Positions 45,129-54,098 of a stretch of 64,000 nt of DNA are shown here, piece after piece. Positions within the stretch are counted from its first letter, which is position 1, and each line of letters starts with the position of its first letter. The stretch comes from an uncultured Nitrospira sp. Lineage in GTDB: Bacteria; Nitrospirota; Nitrospiria; SBBL01; JAADHI01. Position numbers and translations under genes: made by a program. The stretch is from assembly GCA_964451325.1 (NCBI GenBank), contig CAYVHO010000008.1, forward strand, positions 5,537-69,536, given 5' to 3'. Under the pieces are notes generated by a model that did not search any database, was not told where the DNA came from, and saw nothing but the letters and a program-made list of their open reading frames with translations.

Positions 45129-45869
45129 ATGATGAAACTGGGTGTTAACATCGACCATGTTGCAACACTTCGCGAGGCCAGAAGAGGGATATTTCCTGAA
45201 CCTGTGACCGCTGCATCTCTTGCGGAGCTTGCAGGTGCCGATGGTATTGTGGTGCATTTGCGGGAAGATCGCCGTCATATTCAAGATCGGGATGTCCGTC
45301 TCTTGCGTGAAATTATTCAAACGAAGCTGTGTCTTGAAATGGCGGCAACCGACGAGATGGTGAGCATTGCATCCGAGATTCGCCCCGAATTGGTTTCGCT
45401 TGTCCCCGAACGCCGTGAGGAACTGACGACGGAAGGGGGCTTGGATGTGGTCTCAGCTCAGGAAACATTGTTTGGGGTCGTTGAGACTTTGCACGCGGCA
45501 GGAATTGCCGTCGCTTTGTTTGTCGATCCTGAAGCCAATCAGATTAAAGCCGCACAAAAGGTTGCGGCTGATTGTGTTGAAATTCATACGGGGGCTTATG
45601 CCAATGCCAGAGGCGACGCGCGCGGCGGACACTTGAATGATCTTGTCGAATCCGCAAAACTTGCAGCCAGCTTAGGTTTGAAGGTGAACGCAGGCCATGG
45701 CCTGGATTACACAAACGTGCTTCCCATTGCACAAATTCCAGAAGTCGAAGAATTGAACATAGGGCATAGCATTATCGCTCGTGCGGTTTTGGTGGGGATG
45801 GGTTCTGCTGTTTCTGAAATGAAGTCACTCCTGCAATCGGCGGGGCGCCAGTCCTTACGGAATCTCTGA
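45129..45869 (+). CDS. pdxJ: Pyridoxine 5'-phosphate synthase
   Basis: [28 protein letters not shown] and the NAGHGL motifs. Start is uncertain (45114/45129/45132). Confidence 0.9.
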   Translation: MMKLGVNIDHVATLREARRGIFPEPVTAASLAELAGADGIVVHLREDRRHIQDRDVRLLREIIQTKLCLEMAATDEMVSIASEIRPELVSLVPERREELTTEGGLDVVSAQETLFGVVETLHAAGIAVALFVDPEANQIKAAQKVAADCVEIHTGAYANARGDARGGHLNDLVESAKLAASLGLKVNAGHGLDYTNVLPIAQIPEVEELNIGHSIIARAVLVGMGSAVSEMKSLLQSAGRQSLRNL

Positions 45870-45880
45870 GTTAGATTGAC

Positions 45881-46270
45881 ATGACGACCTTAGGCATTGG
45901 CATTGACATGGTAAAGGTTTCTCGTATGGCGGGCATCATGCGGCGCTGGGATCGAAAATTTTTAGATCGTATTTTTACCCCGGCGGAGCGGGAGTATTGT
46001 TTGCAAAAGAAAATGGCTCCTGTGCATTTTTCCGGTCGTTTTGCCGTGAAAGAAGCGCTCTTAAAGGCCCTCGGCTCAGGCCTGAGCCGAGGCATTTCCT
46101 TGAAGGAAATTGAAACCCTGCCGAATGCCTCCGGTCAGCCTCGCGTCCATTTGTCCGGGCGTGTACGGGAGTTGGCCGAGGCCTTTGGGGCTTGCACGAT
46201 CTTATCCAGTATTACACACGATGCAGATTACGCCATCGCTCAGGTGCTCCTACAGGGGACTCCACAATAA
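45881..46270 (+). CDS. acpS: Holo-[acyl-carrier-protein] synthase
   Basis: GIGIDMVKVSRM, FAVKEALLKALG and the ITHDADYAIAQV motifs. Confidence 0.9.
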   Translation: MTTLGIGIDMVKVSRMAGIMRRWDRKFLDRIFTPAEREYCLQKKMAPVHFSGRFAVKEALLKALGSGLSRGISLKEIETLPNASGQPRVHLSGRVRELAEAFGACTILSSITHDADYAIAQVLLQGTPQ

Positions 46271-47826
46271 TGCATATTGTGACTGCCGCCGAAATGAAGG
46301 CCCTTGATAAAGGTGCGACGGCCGACTATAAAATTCCCTCCCTGCTCTTGATGGAAAATGCCGCCAGAGGGATGGTGGACGAAATTGAAAAAATTTATGG
46401 GAAGGTCAAAAAAAAGATCGTCACTGTCATTGCAGGCCGTGGCAATAATGGGGGAGATGGTTTGGCTGCGGCGCGCCATTTACGGATGCGTGGGGCTTTG
46501 GTCAGGGTTTATCTTTTTTCAAAAGAAGTCCTGTTGCGAGGTGATGCAGGCATTTCTCTTAAAATTTGGCAGAAGACCGATGGTGTATTGCGTGAAGAAG
46601 GGGCCTTTACCTTGGAGCACTTGATTGCGGATACCACAAAGAGCGATTTTGTGATTGATGCTTTTCTGGGGACAGGGCTCTCTCATGCAATCGTCGGGCG
46701 TCATGCCGAAATGATCGAAATCATTAACCGTTGTGCACATAAAATCATTGCCTGTGATATTCCTTCTGGAATTTCTGCTGATACGGGTGAAATTTTGGGC
46801 GTGGCGATCAAGGCAGATGCAACCCTGACCATGGCAATGCCAAAAAGAGGGCATTTTATGCAGGAAGGCCTTTCATGTTCGGGTGTCTTAAGGGTTATTG
46901 ACATCGGTTTTCCTGATCTCCTGATTGAAAAAAAGAAGCTCAATGTTTCGCTCATATGCCCTGATGTCGTGCAAGGCCTTCTGTCAGCTCGTGCAAAAGG
47001 AGTCCACAAAGGTATGATGGGCCATTTATTGGTGATCGCGGGTTCATCCGGGAAACAGGGCGCAGCGCAGATGACCAGTCTTGCAGCTTTACGTTCCGGG
47101 ACGGGGCTTTTGACGACGGCTTTGCCCAAATCACTGGAAAAGGGCTTTTCGCCTCAGGCCATGGAAGTCATGACGCTCCCGCTTCCAGAAACAAAGTTGG
47201 GTTCTATTGCGATGGGTGCGGAAAAGCGGCTCATTAAAGCGATTGAAGGGAAGACCGCTTTGGCCATCGGGCCGGGGCTTTCCCAGCATCCCGATTCACA
47301 GCACTTGGTGTTAAAGCTCATTACCTCGGTCTCCCTCCCGATGGTGATTGATGCGGATGGGCTCAATGCAGTGGCCGTGGAGCTGGTCATTTTGAAGAAA
47401 AAAAAGGGCCCCTTGATTTTAACGCCGCATCCTGGCGAAATGGGGCGTTTGATTGGGAAATCGGCGGCGGATGTACAAAAAGACCGTTTTAACATTGCCG
47501 CAGAATTTGCAACCTTATGGAAGGTTATCCTTGTTTTAAAGGATGCGCACACGATTATTGCTTTTCCCGATGGCAGACTATGGGTGAACAATACGGGAAA
47601 TCCCGGTATGGCCACGGCAGGGATGGGAGATGCCCTGACTGGGATGATTGCAGGTTTTATTGCCCAAGGTCTTTCTCCCGAAGATGCGACCCTCCTGGCC
47701 GTTTTCCTTCATGGAAAGGCGGGCGATCTTGCTGCGGCACAACGGGGAGAAGCAGGTCTCTTGACTTCTGATCTGATTGATCAGATCCCGCAAGCGATTC
47801 TTGAATATTTGAAGGAGCATTCATAA
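46270..47826 (+). CDS. nnr: Bifunctional NAD(P)H-hydrate repair enzyme (epimerase/ADP-dependent dehydratase)
   Basis: YjeF_N motif GRGNNGGDGLAAARHL and C-terminal kinase-fold motifs GPGLS and GMGDALTG. The start overlaps the acpS stop (TAATG). Confidence 0.9.
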   Translation: MHIVTAAEMKALDKGATADYKIPSLLLMENAARGMVDEIEKIYGKVKKKIVTVIAGRGNNGGDGLAAARHLRMRGALVRVYLFSKEVLLRGDAGISLKIWQKTDGVLREEGAFTLEHLIADTTKSDFVIDAFLGTGLSHAIVGRHAEMIEIINRCAHKIIACDIPSGISADTGEILGVAIKADATLTMAMPKRGHFMQEGLSCSGVLRVIDIGFPDLLIEKKKLNVSLICPDVVQGLLSARAKGVHKGMMGHLLVIAGSSGKQGAAQMTSLAALRSGTGLLTTALPKSLEKGFSPQAMEVMTLPLPETKLGSIAMGAEKRLIKAIEGKTALAIGPGLSQHPDSQHLVLKLITSVSLPMVIDADGLNAVAVELVILKKKKGPLILTPHPGEMGRLIGKSAADVQKDRFNIAAEFATLWKVILVLKDAHTIIAFPDGRLWVNNTGNPGMATAGMGDALTGMIAGFIAQGLSPEDATLLAVFLHGKAGDLAAAQRGEAGLLTSDLIDQIPQAILEYLKEHS

Positions 47827-47829
47827 CTT

Positions 47830-48447
47830 ATGTCACAAATGGGCATCACGCTTTTTTTCCTCTTTGTCATTGGGGTCATCGCCTTGGCGATGGTTGTGCA
47901 TGGCTGGATTGATAAAAAACGGATCAGCAAAAACTTTCTTCAACTCGCAGAGCCTCTTTCTGGCCACGTGGTTCAGGAAAGTCGCTTTTTTTACCCCCGA
48001 TTTACCGGGGAAATTGAAGGTCGACAAGTCGACCTTTTTTTTGAAGTGGTTAAGGTGGGTCGTAAACACATCCTCTATTATATTTACAGCTTGAAATCGG
48101 AGATTACCTGTAGTCTATTACTTCTGAAAGTAGATGAATACAAAGTGGGAAAGGGTTCAGCCGAGGCGATTGCGGCCACAGGGACGCTCGTTTCGGAGGC
48201 AAAGGATGCTTATGAAATACGCACGCAAAACGAAGCCGAAGCCAGTGCCATCATTAAAGGTGCCGATTTAAAAGAACGCGTGACCGCTTTGGATGAGTTT
48301 TCAAGTTTACAGCTTGGACCGGATGCGCTTGTTGTTGGCAAACCGTATGACGGGATCGCAGATACAGAGTCCGTCAATATTATGAAAAACGTACGCGCTT
48401 TGGTGGATTTAGCAAAGGCCATGGAGCAATGCCAAGTCCCCACCTAA
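47830..48447 (+). CDS. Hypothetical membrane-anchored protein
   Basis: 205-aa ORF with one N-terminal TM helix. Tightly packed between nnr and tsaE. No family recognised. Confidence 0.5.
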   Translation: MSQMGITLFFLFVIGVIALAMVVHGWIDKKRISKNFLQLAEPLSGHVVQESRFFYPRFTGEIEGRQVDLFFEVVKVGRKHILYYIYSLKSEITCSLLLLKVDEYKVGKGSAEAIAATGTLVSEAKDAYEIRTQNEAEASAIIKGADLKERVTALDEFSSLQLGPDALVVGKPYDGIADTESVNIMKNVRALVDLAKAMEQCQVPT

Positions 48448-48959
48448 AAAATGTGGTAAGGCTCGCGACTCAGGGGCCAAAAGAGACCTTTCAATTGGGC
48501 GTGGCTTTTGGTGGGGCCGCTCAGGGCGGAGAAGTTATCGCGCTGATTGGCACATTGGGGGCGGGCAAAACACAATTTGTCAAAGGGCTTGCACAAGGCT
48601 TGGGTATTTTGCCGGAGGATGTGTGCAGTCCGACTTTTTCCCTAATGCAAACTTATGAGGGACGTTTGATCCTGACACACATTGATCTGTATCGCCTGGA
48701 AGACCCAAATGAAATGGGTGCTTTGGGTCTGGAGGAAGAGATCGAAGACACGGTAGGACTTGCGGCCATTGAGTGGGCCGACAAAGGAATGCATCTTTTG
48801 CCTCCGGGCAGATTGCAGTTAAGACTCAAAGCCCTTGATGGGTCTCTGCGTGAAATGTGCATGCAATCCACTGATCCCGTGCATCAGGCCTGGCAAAACC
48901 GAAGCTTAAAAAAATATGCTGAAGTACAGGATTTATCTCATTTAAAGGATTCCAAATGA
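48429..48959 (+). CDS. tsaE: tRNA t6A37 biosynthesis ATPase TsaE
   Basis: P-loop GTLGAGKTQFVKGLAQGLG, the SPTFSL motif and HIDLYRL. Confidence 0.85.
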   Translation: MPSPHLKNVVRLATQGPKETFQLGVAFGGAAQGGEVIALIGTLGAGKTQFVKGLAQGLGILPEDVCSPTFSLMQTYEGRLILTHIDLYRLEDPNEMGALGLEEEIEDTVGLAAIEWADKGMHLLPPGRLQLRLKALDGSLREMCMQSTDPVHQAWQNRSLKKYAEVQDLSHLKDSK

Positions 48960-49648
48960 CGGGGAGCGCAGAGATCAAAACCCTTGTTTCCAATCTACAG
49001 GATCACCTCTCCTGGCTGCAATCGGAGGGTTTTGATACTTGGAAAGCCGAAGTGCCACTTGCCGTCTTACCTGCCATTTCGCCCCTCTCTTTGCAGGGAA
49101 TTCGCGACGATTTGGGGGATTGTCAGCGCTGTCCATTGGGTGCAACGAAAAAGCACCTGGTTTTTGGTGTGGGAGATGCTCAGGCAGAATTAATGTTTGT
49201 CGGAGAAGGTCCCGGTGCCGACGAAGATGCACAGGGGGAGCCCTTTGTTGGAAAAGCAGGGCAATTATTGACAAAAATGATTGGGGCGATGGGGCTATCG
49301 CGGGAGCGGGTTTATATTGCAAACATCATCAAATGTCGTCCGCCACAAAACCGCAATCCGCGCCCCGATGAAATTGCGTCCTGTCGTCCTTTTCTGGATC
49401 AACAAATTGCCGCAGTTCGCCCAAAAATTATTTGTGCCTTAGGCACCTTTGCTGCACAAACCCTGCTGAATACGCAAACACGGATCTCTGATTTACGGGG
49501 GCATTTTCATGAACTAAACGGCGTCAAAGTGCTACCGACCTTTCATCCGGCCTATTTATTACGCAATCCAGCAGAGAAAAAGCGGGTTTGGAGCGATCTT
49601 CAGCGCATTATGGTCGATTTGGGATTGCCGCTACCGGAGAAAAGATGA
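48956..49648 (+). CDS. Uracil-DNA glycosylase, family 4
   Basis: CQRCPL Fe-S Cys region, GEGPGADEDAQGEPFVGKAGQLL and the HPAYLLR motif. Confidence 0.85.
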   Translation: MTGSAEIKTLVSNLQDHLSWLQSEGFDTWKAEVPLAVLPAISPLSLQGIRDDLGDCQRCPLGATKKHLVFGVGDAQAELMFVGEGPGADEDAQGEPFVGKAGQLLTKMIGAMGLSRERVYIANIIKCRPPQNRNPRPDEIASCRPFLDQQIAAVRPKIICALGTFAAQTLLNTQTRISDLRGHFHELNGVKVLPTFHPAYLLRNPAEKKRVWSDLQRIMVDLGLPLPEKR

Positions 49649-50121
49649 ATCGGCTCTGGGCGCCTTGGCGTATCGACTACATTAGAGGAGAAAAACCCTT
49701 GGGATGTATTTTGTGTGATAAACCCAAAGAAGACAAAGACATAGAAAACCTCATCCTGCATCGTGGTGAGCATGGTTTTGTGATGATGAACCTCTATCCT
49801 TACAACAGCGGTCACTTAATGATTTGCCCTTACGAACACGTAAATACACCGGAAGACCTCTCTGATGCGGTGACAAACAACCTCATGCAATTGCTCAAAC
49901 AAAGTCTTGCTGCACTTCGGAAAGGCTTTCAGCCTGAGGGCCACAATGTGGGGCTCAATTTGGGAAAAGCCGCTGGAGCAGGCATTGATGATCATGTGCA
50001 CTTTCATATTGTCCCGCGGTGGGTCGGAGACACCAATTTCATGACCGTGGTTTCAGACAATCGGGTGATCCCCGAAGATATCCATGAAACCTATCGCCTG
50101 CTCATCCCCCAGTTTAGGTGA
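49645..50121 (+). CDS. HIT family nucleotide hydrolase/transferase
   Basis: Histidine triad HVHFHIVPRW. The start overlaps the upstream stop (ATGA). Confidence 0.8.
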   Translation: MNRLWAPWRIDYIRGEKPLGCILCDKPKEDKDIENLILHRGEHGFVMMNLYPYNSGHLMICPYEHVNTPEDLSDAVTNNLMQLLKQSLAALRKGFQPEGHNVGLNLGKAAGAGIDDHVHFHIVPRWVGDTNFMTVVSDNRVIPEDIHETYRLLIPQFR

Positions 50122-50128
50122 GGATACA

Positions 50129-50470
50129 ATGATTCGTCTGTTCTTAATTTCCGGTATCAGTGTCATCTTTTTTGGGGCCTTGTACCTCAATCAGGAACAG
50201 CAAGCCTCGCTTCACTTTTTTTGGGGGATGGAAACAAAACCCTTGCCGATTCACTTAATTGCCTTAGGCAGTTTCTTCATTGGACTGCTTTTTTCTGTCT
50301 TGCTTTTTGTGCCGGGTTGGATCCGTTCCATGCTTGATCGTAGAAAAAAATCCAAACGGATTGAGGCATTAGAAATCGATATTGATAAGATTCGTTCCGA
50401 AACCCTGAAAGAAAGCACGCCTGTCTTTACCCCCACAGAGATTGAAAAAACACCGGGTGATTTTTCCTAA
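50129..50470 (+). CDS. LapA-domain (DUF1049) inner-membrane protein
   Basis: Two TM helices followed by a basic RRKKSKR segment. ATG 50129 has a GAGGA RBS. Confidence 0.65.
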   Translation: MIRLFLISGISVIFFGALYLNQEQQASLHFFWGMETKPLPIHLIALGSFFIGLLFSVLLFVPGWIRSMLDRRKKSKRIEALEIDIDKIRSETLKESTPVFTPTEIEKTPGDFS

Positions 50471-50639
50471 ACAGCGGTTTTCTATTTCTCACTCCCTCCT
50501 TCTTTTTCTGCCAAATCTAGAACTTCTTTTACAAGCTGACGAAAAACTAGACAGTCAATTTTATGATAAATAATCCATCTAAATTGTTGTATAATTAGGA
50601 TTATTTAGAGAATATCCCTTATATTTATGTATATTCCTG

Positions 50640-50656
50640 TGTCAGAATTTTTGACA
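50640..50656. promoter_or_regulatory. Candidate enhancer-binding-protein site (TGTCA-N7-TGACA) flanked by direct ATATTCCTG repeats
   Basis: The palindrome TGTCAGAATTTTTGACA lies ~110-125 nt upstream of the -24/-12 element. ATATTCCTG occurs at 50631-50639 and 50660-50668. Confidence 0.3.
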
Positions 50657-50763
50657 GTCATATTCCTGGGCTACAACATGACGGTTTTATATTTTACCCA
50701 CCTGTAAAAAACAAACGATTAAAATCAATGGCTTGCACATATTTCTCTGGGCATGTTAATCTT

Positions 50764-50779
50764 TGGCACTATATTTGCT
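50764..50779 (+). promoter_or_regulatory. Sigma54 (-24/-12) promoter
   Basis: TGGCAC-TATAT-TTGCT matches TGGCAC-N5-TTGCW exactly in the conserved positions. It lies 85 nt upstream of the ATG at 50864. Confidence 0.65.
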
Positions 50780-50863
50780 TTCTGAGAGAGGATGACTTTG
50801 AAAATACTAAGATTTTAGAAGGTCTCGGTAATTAGGAATGATAATTTTTATGGAGGGCATTAT

Positions 50864-51463
50864 ATGTTGAAAAAATTACAGTTCAAACTTGTTGCAGTTT
50901 TATCTTTTACGGTGCTGGCGCTTTCATGGAGTGGTGTTTCCTGGGCTGTCCCAGTGGGCAGTTTCGACGGCACGCGGATTATGGTCATTGATGGTGATGG
51001 TGATGGTGATACCAGTGTGACTTTGCTTAGTGCGAGTTCTTCTCTTACTTTTGGTTATTATCTGAACGGGAGCAGTCTTTTTACCGCTTTTGGTGGTCTT
51101 GATGTTTTCCAGGATAGAGATGTATTGGATTTGGCCCTACAGGATGGTTCAACGATCTACACGGCTTCCGGTGATCTTGCCGATCCAAGCTATAGCCTTT
51201 CCATGGATTTTGCGGGTGATCTGAGCACGAGTACTTACTTTTCACAGGATCCGCTTCCTTCATGGTTGGACACCTATTATTCCAGTCTCACCGTGAATTG
51301 GTCTCTCCCTTCTGGAGATGTAACTTCAATCAATTTTGCATTGAGTGGAAACGGCGACGGCATGGCCCCTGTTCCGGAACCTGCGAGCTTGATTTTGATG
51401 GGTTCTGGTTTGGTCGGTCTCGGGCTTTGGAGAAGGAAAAAGTCAAAGGCTGCGTCAGTGTAA
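50864..51463 (+). CDS. PEP-CTERM sorting-domain protein (putative exosortase substrate)
   Basis: Signal peptide (SWA-VP), a Ser/Asp/Gly-rich body, and a C-terminal VPEPASLILMGSGLVGLGLWRRKKSK. GGAGGG RBS. Confidence 0.85.
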   Translation: MLKKLQFKLVAVLSFTVLALSWSGVSWAVPVGSFDGTRIMVIDGDGDGDTSVTLLSASSSLTFGYYLNGSSLFTAFGGLDVFQDRDVLDLALQDGSTIYTASGDLADPSYSLSMDFAGDLSTSTYFSQDPLPSWLDTYYSSLTVNWSLPSGDVTSINFALSGNGDGMAPVPEPASLILMGSGLVGLGLWRRKKSKAASV

Positions 51464-51491
51464 ATGTTTCAATCGTGATATAAGCAAAAAA

Positions 51492-51528
51492 ATGCCGCTT
51501 GATCCAACGGATCAAGCGGCATTTTTTT
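51492..51528 (+). terminator. Rho-independent terminator
   Basis: A 14-bp perfect stem ATGCCGCTTGATCC-AAC-GGATCAAGCGGCAT followed by T7, with an A-run upstream. Confidence 0.8.
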
Positions 51529-51558
51529 GTGTGAGACACCGAAAATCAAGGTCTCGTG

Positions 51559-51635
51559 TGGTCGGGGTGAGAGGATTTGAACCTCCGACTTCCTGCTCCC
51601 AAAGCAGGCGCGCTGCCAAGCTGCGCCACACCCCG
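51559..51635 (-). tRNA. tRNA-Pro (anticodon UGG)
   Basis: The reverse complement CGGGGTGTGGCGCAGCTTGGCAGCGCGCCTGCTTTGGGAGCAGGAAGTCGGAGGTTCAAATCCTCTCACCCCGACCA folds as a cloverleaf. Anticodon loop TTTGGGA. Confidence 0.95.
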
Positions 51636-51672
51636 TTTTCACGCGTATGATAAACAGATTTTTGTATAGAGA

Positions 51673-52278
51673 TCAAATATTTTGAAGGATAAGGCCTCTT
51701 AAGATAGGAATTGCGGCGCGAACAGCACGCCCCCGCTGGCTGTGCTGATTTTTTTCCGCGGCGCTTAAATCTGAAAAGGTGCGATTCAATGGCGGATAAT
51801 AAAAAACGGGGTCATACCCAAAACCCGTACCGCCTGATTCTACTGCTGTAATCTGTCCTTCACAGATCCCTTCGACAACATCAACCTGCCCCTGTGGAGT
51901 GACGATGGCCAGGGTGGAAATAAAATGCGCCCCTCTTTTTTCAGCAGGAAGTCCAACTAATAATCTTATGAGCTTTTCCCGGTTTTCTTGATAGGAGACC
52001 TGCTCTCCTGCAAAACGGGCAGAATAGAGTCCGGGGGCACCGTCTAAAGCCTCAACCTCAAGGCCGGAGTCATCACCTAAAGCCACATGTCCTGTTTCCA
52101 TCGCGACAAATAAAGCCTTTTCAATGGCATTCTCTCGGTAGCTTTCCCCTGTTTCCGGAGGCAAAGCCAGTTCGGGAAAATCAGCGAGGGTCTTCAGTGT
52201 GATGTCTATTTTACCCTCAAGAATGGCCGCAATCTCCCGCACTTTATCTTGATTCTCTGTTGCGAGGACCAGAATCAC
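51673..52278 (-). CDS. rdgB: Non-canonical purine NTP pyrophosphatase (RdgB/HAM1 family)
   Basis: LATENQDKVREI, the DDSGLEV motif and FGYDPVF. Confidence 0.9.
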   Translation of the reverse strand: MILVLATENQDKVREIAAILEGKIDITLKTLADFPELALPPETGESYRENAIEKALFVAMETGHVALGDDSGLEVEALDGAPGLYSARFAGEQVSYQENREKLIRLLVGLPAEKRGAHFISTLAIVTPQGQVDVVEGICEGQITAVESGGTGFGYDPVFYYPPLNRTFSDLSAAEKNQHSQRGRAVRAAIPILRGLILQNI

Positions 52279-53001
52279 TTATTTCAATTCCCCCAATAAA
52301 TTTTTTTGCTCGGCAATCAATTCTCTGATGCCGTTTGAAGCCAGATCAAGCAAGGCATCCAATTCTGCCTTTTCGAATGGTTCACCTTCGGCGGTTCCCT
52401 GGACTTCGATGAACTTGCCTTGGCCCGTCATAACCACATTCATATCGACTTCTGCTTTCACATCTTCCGGATAATTTAAATCCAAGAGGAGTTTGTCTGC
52501 AACTTTTCCGACACTAATGGCGGCCAAATAATCTGTGACCGGAAATTTTTTAATTTTGCCCTCTTTTTGATGGTGGCGGATGGCATCGACCATGGCGATA
52601 AACGCGCCTGTAATGGATGCCGTGCGGGTGCCGCCATCGGCTTGAATGACATCACAGTCTATCCAGAGGGTGCGCTCTCCCAAAGCGGCCATGTCTACGA
52701 CAGCGCGGAGTGAGCGTCCTATGAGTCTTTGGATTTCATGGGTGCGACCGCCGACTTTTCCCCGTGAGGACTCGCGCGAGATCCGGTCTTTGGAGGCACG
52801 TGGCAGCATCGCATATTCGGCGGTAATCCATCCCGTTTTTTTGTCTCTTAAAAAAGGGGGCACGCGGTTTTCGAGGGTTGCGGTGCAAATCACTTTTGTA
52901 TCGCCCATTTCGATCAGCACAGCCCCTTCAACATCTTTCAGGAAGTTTCGTGTGATTTTGAGTGGTCGAAGTGTATATTCTTTTCTTCCATCAATGCGCA
53001 T
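52279..53001 (-). CDS. rph: Ribonuclease PH
   Basis: R.DGR...LRP, the [14 protein letters not shown] motif and [20 protein letters not shown]. Confidence 0.95.
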   Translation of the reverse strand: MRIDGRKEYTLRPLKITRNFLKDVEGAVLIEMGDTKVICTATLENRVPPFLRDKKTGWITAEYAMLPRASKDRISRESSRGKVGGRTHEIQRLIGRSLRAVVDMAALGERTLWIDCDVIQADGGTRTASITGAFIAMVDAIRHHQKEGKIKKFPVTDYLAAISVGKVADKLLLDLNYPEDVKAEVDMNVVMTGQGKFIEVQGTAEGEPFEKAELDALLDLASNGIRELIAEQKNLLGELK

Positions 53002-53083
53002 GTCGATTCCCTCGTGAGCAAAAGAGGGCGATTATATAGCGTGTTTCCAGAAAGATCAATTGCATTCTTCTTCCCCCGATTAT

Positions 53084-54064
53084 CTACTGAAAGCGGTATT
53101 GCAAGCCCAGTGAAAAGGCATAGGATTCCCAGGTGACACGATTGAGTTGCGTTGTCCCACTCGAGCCATCACTTGCAAAAATACGGTCAATTCCGGTTTT
53201 TGTTTTCCATTCGAGATAATCTCCTTTGAGCGTGATCCTCCAAGCAGGAGAAAGACTTTGTTTCCATCCCAGTGAGGCGAGAATGCCAGAGCCATCGGCA
53301 GAGTGTGTGAAACTGAGTGGCTGTGCTAAATCTGGCCTTAGGTTCCAGTTTGCTGCTGCATTGTAGTTGAGCCAGTGGTACTCGACGGAAGCAAAAAAAG
53401 TGTGTCGAAGGCCAATATTCGCAGAAAAATCCAGCCCAATCCAAGGACCACGCCACTCGGTCTCATAGGTGCTATTTAGGCCAGAAAATGGGCCAAGGGC
53501 TTGGACCTCAGGAAAGAGATCTACTCTGCTTATAGTTTGAAGACCATCTGTCATTTGTAAGTTTTGCTGGTGATATGAGTAGCCCGCCAAGGGAGCAAGA
53601 TGGAAGACCTGTCCCGCTTTGGACATCTTTTTTGTGAATTGCAGGCCTAAGCCAAAAGAGGCATCAAGAACATTGCCCTGATCCGAACGATTGTTTGAGC
53701 GTGAAAATTCATCTTGGCGGTTGTTGATGTTAAAATCAGAATCCTGATTTTTCCCTTCGACGATTTCCCCGTAGGATAGGCTTGCGCGTATGTAGGGTGA
53801 AAACGGGGAGGAAGGGATATCAACAAGGAGTTTTGCATTCCCCTTGACTTGGTTAATCAACAAATTTCCCCAACTGAGTTCTGAAAGGATGTTGACATTA
53901 TTTGCTGAGGGTGCAACGCCAGCGATGCTCCAATTCAATTGGTCAATGCGCCACCCGGTTTCAAGGCCCAGATCCAGTTTTTTTACCGGTTTTGCTAATA
54001 CGGGCGTCGTGAAAAGAAAGCACACGATGCCTAGAGTGAGGGTTGTGCAGCTTAATTTCCTCAT
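53084..54064 (-). CDS. Outer-membrane beta-barrel protein (possibly omptin-like)
   Basis: Signal peptide MRKLSCTT...PVLA-KP from ATG 54064 (AAGGA RBS). Alternating beta-strand pattern and a C-terminal LGLQYRFQ. The omptin resemblance (GYSYHQQN..., WRGPWIGLD) is tentative. Confidence 0.65.
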   Translation of the reverse strand: MRKLSCTTLTLGIVCFLFTTPVLAKPVKKLDLGLETGWRIDQLNWSIAGVAPSANNVNILSELSWGNLLINQVKGNAKLLVDIPSSPFSPYIRASLSYGEIVEGKNQDSDFNINNRQDEFSRSNNRSDQGNVLDASFGLGLQFTKKMSKAGQVFHLAPLAGYSYHQQNLQMTDGLQTISRVDLFPEVQALGPFSGLNSTYETEWRGPWIGLDFSANIGLRHTFFASVEYHWLNYNAAANWNLRPDLAQPLSFTHSADGSGILASLGWKQSLSPAWRITLKGDYLEWKTKTGIDRIFASDGSSGTTQLNRVTWESYAFSLGLQYRFQ

Positions 54065-54098
54065 CTTAAGTCCTTTTCGAGAAAGACCTTTTCTATGG

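Noticed and set aside
47154-47615. 153-aa minus-strand ORF within nnr
   Set aside because: It is antisense to a gene with clear YjeF N- and C-terminal motifs, and nothing supports it.
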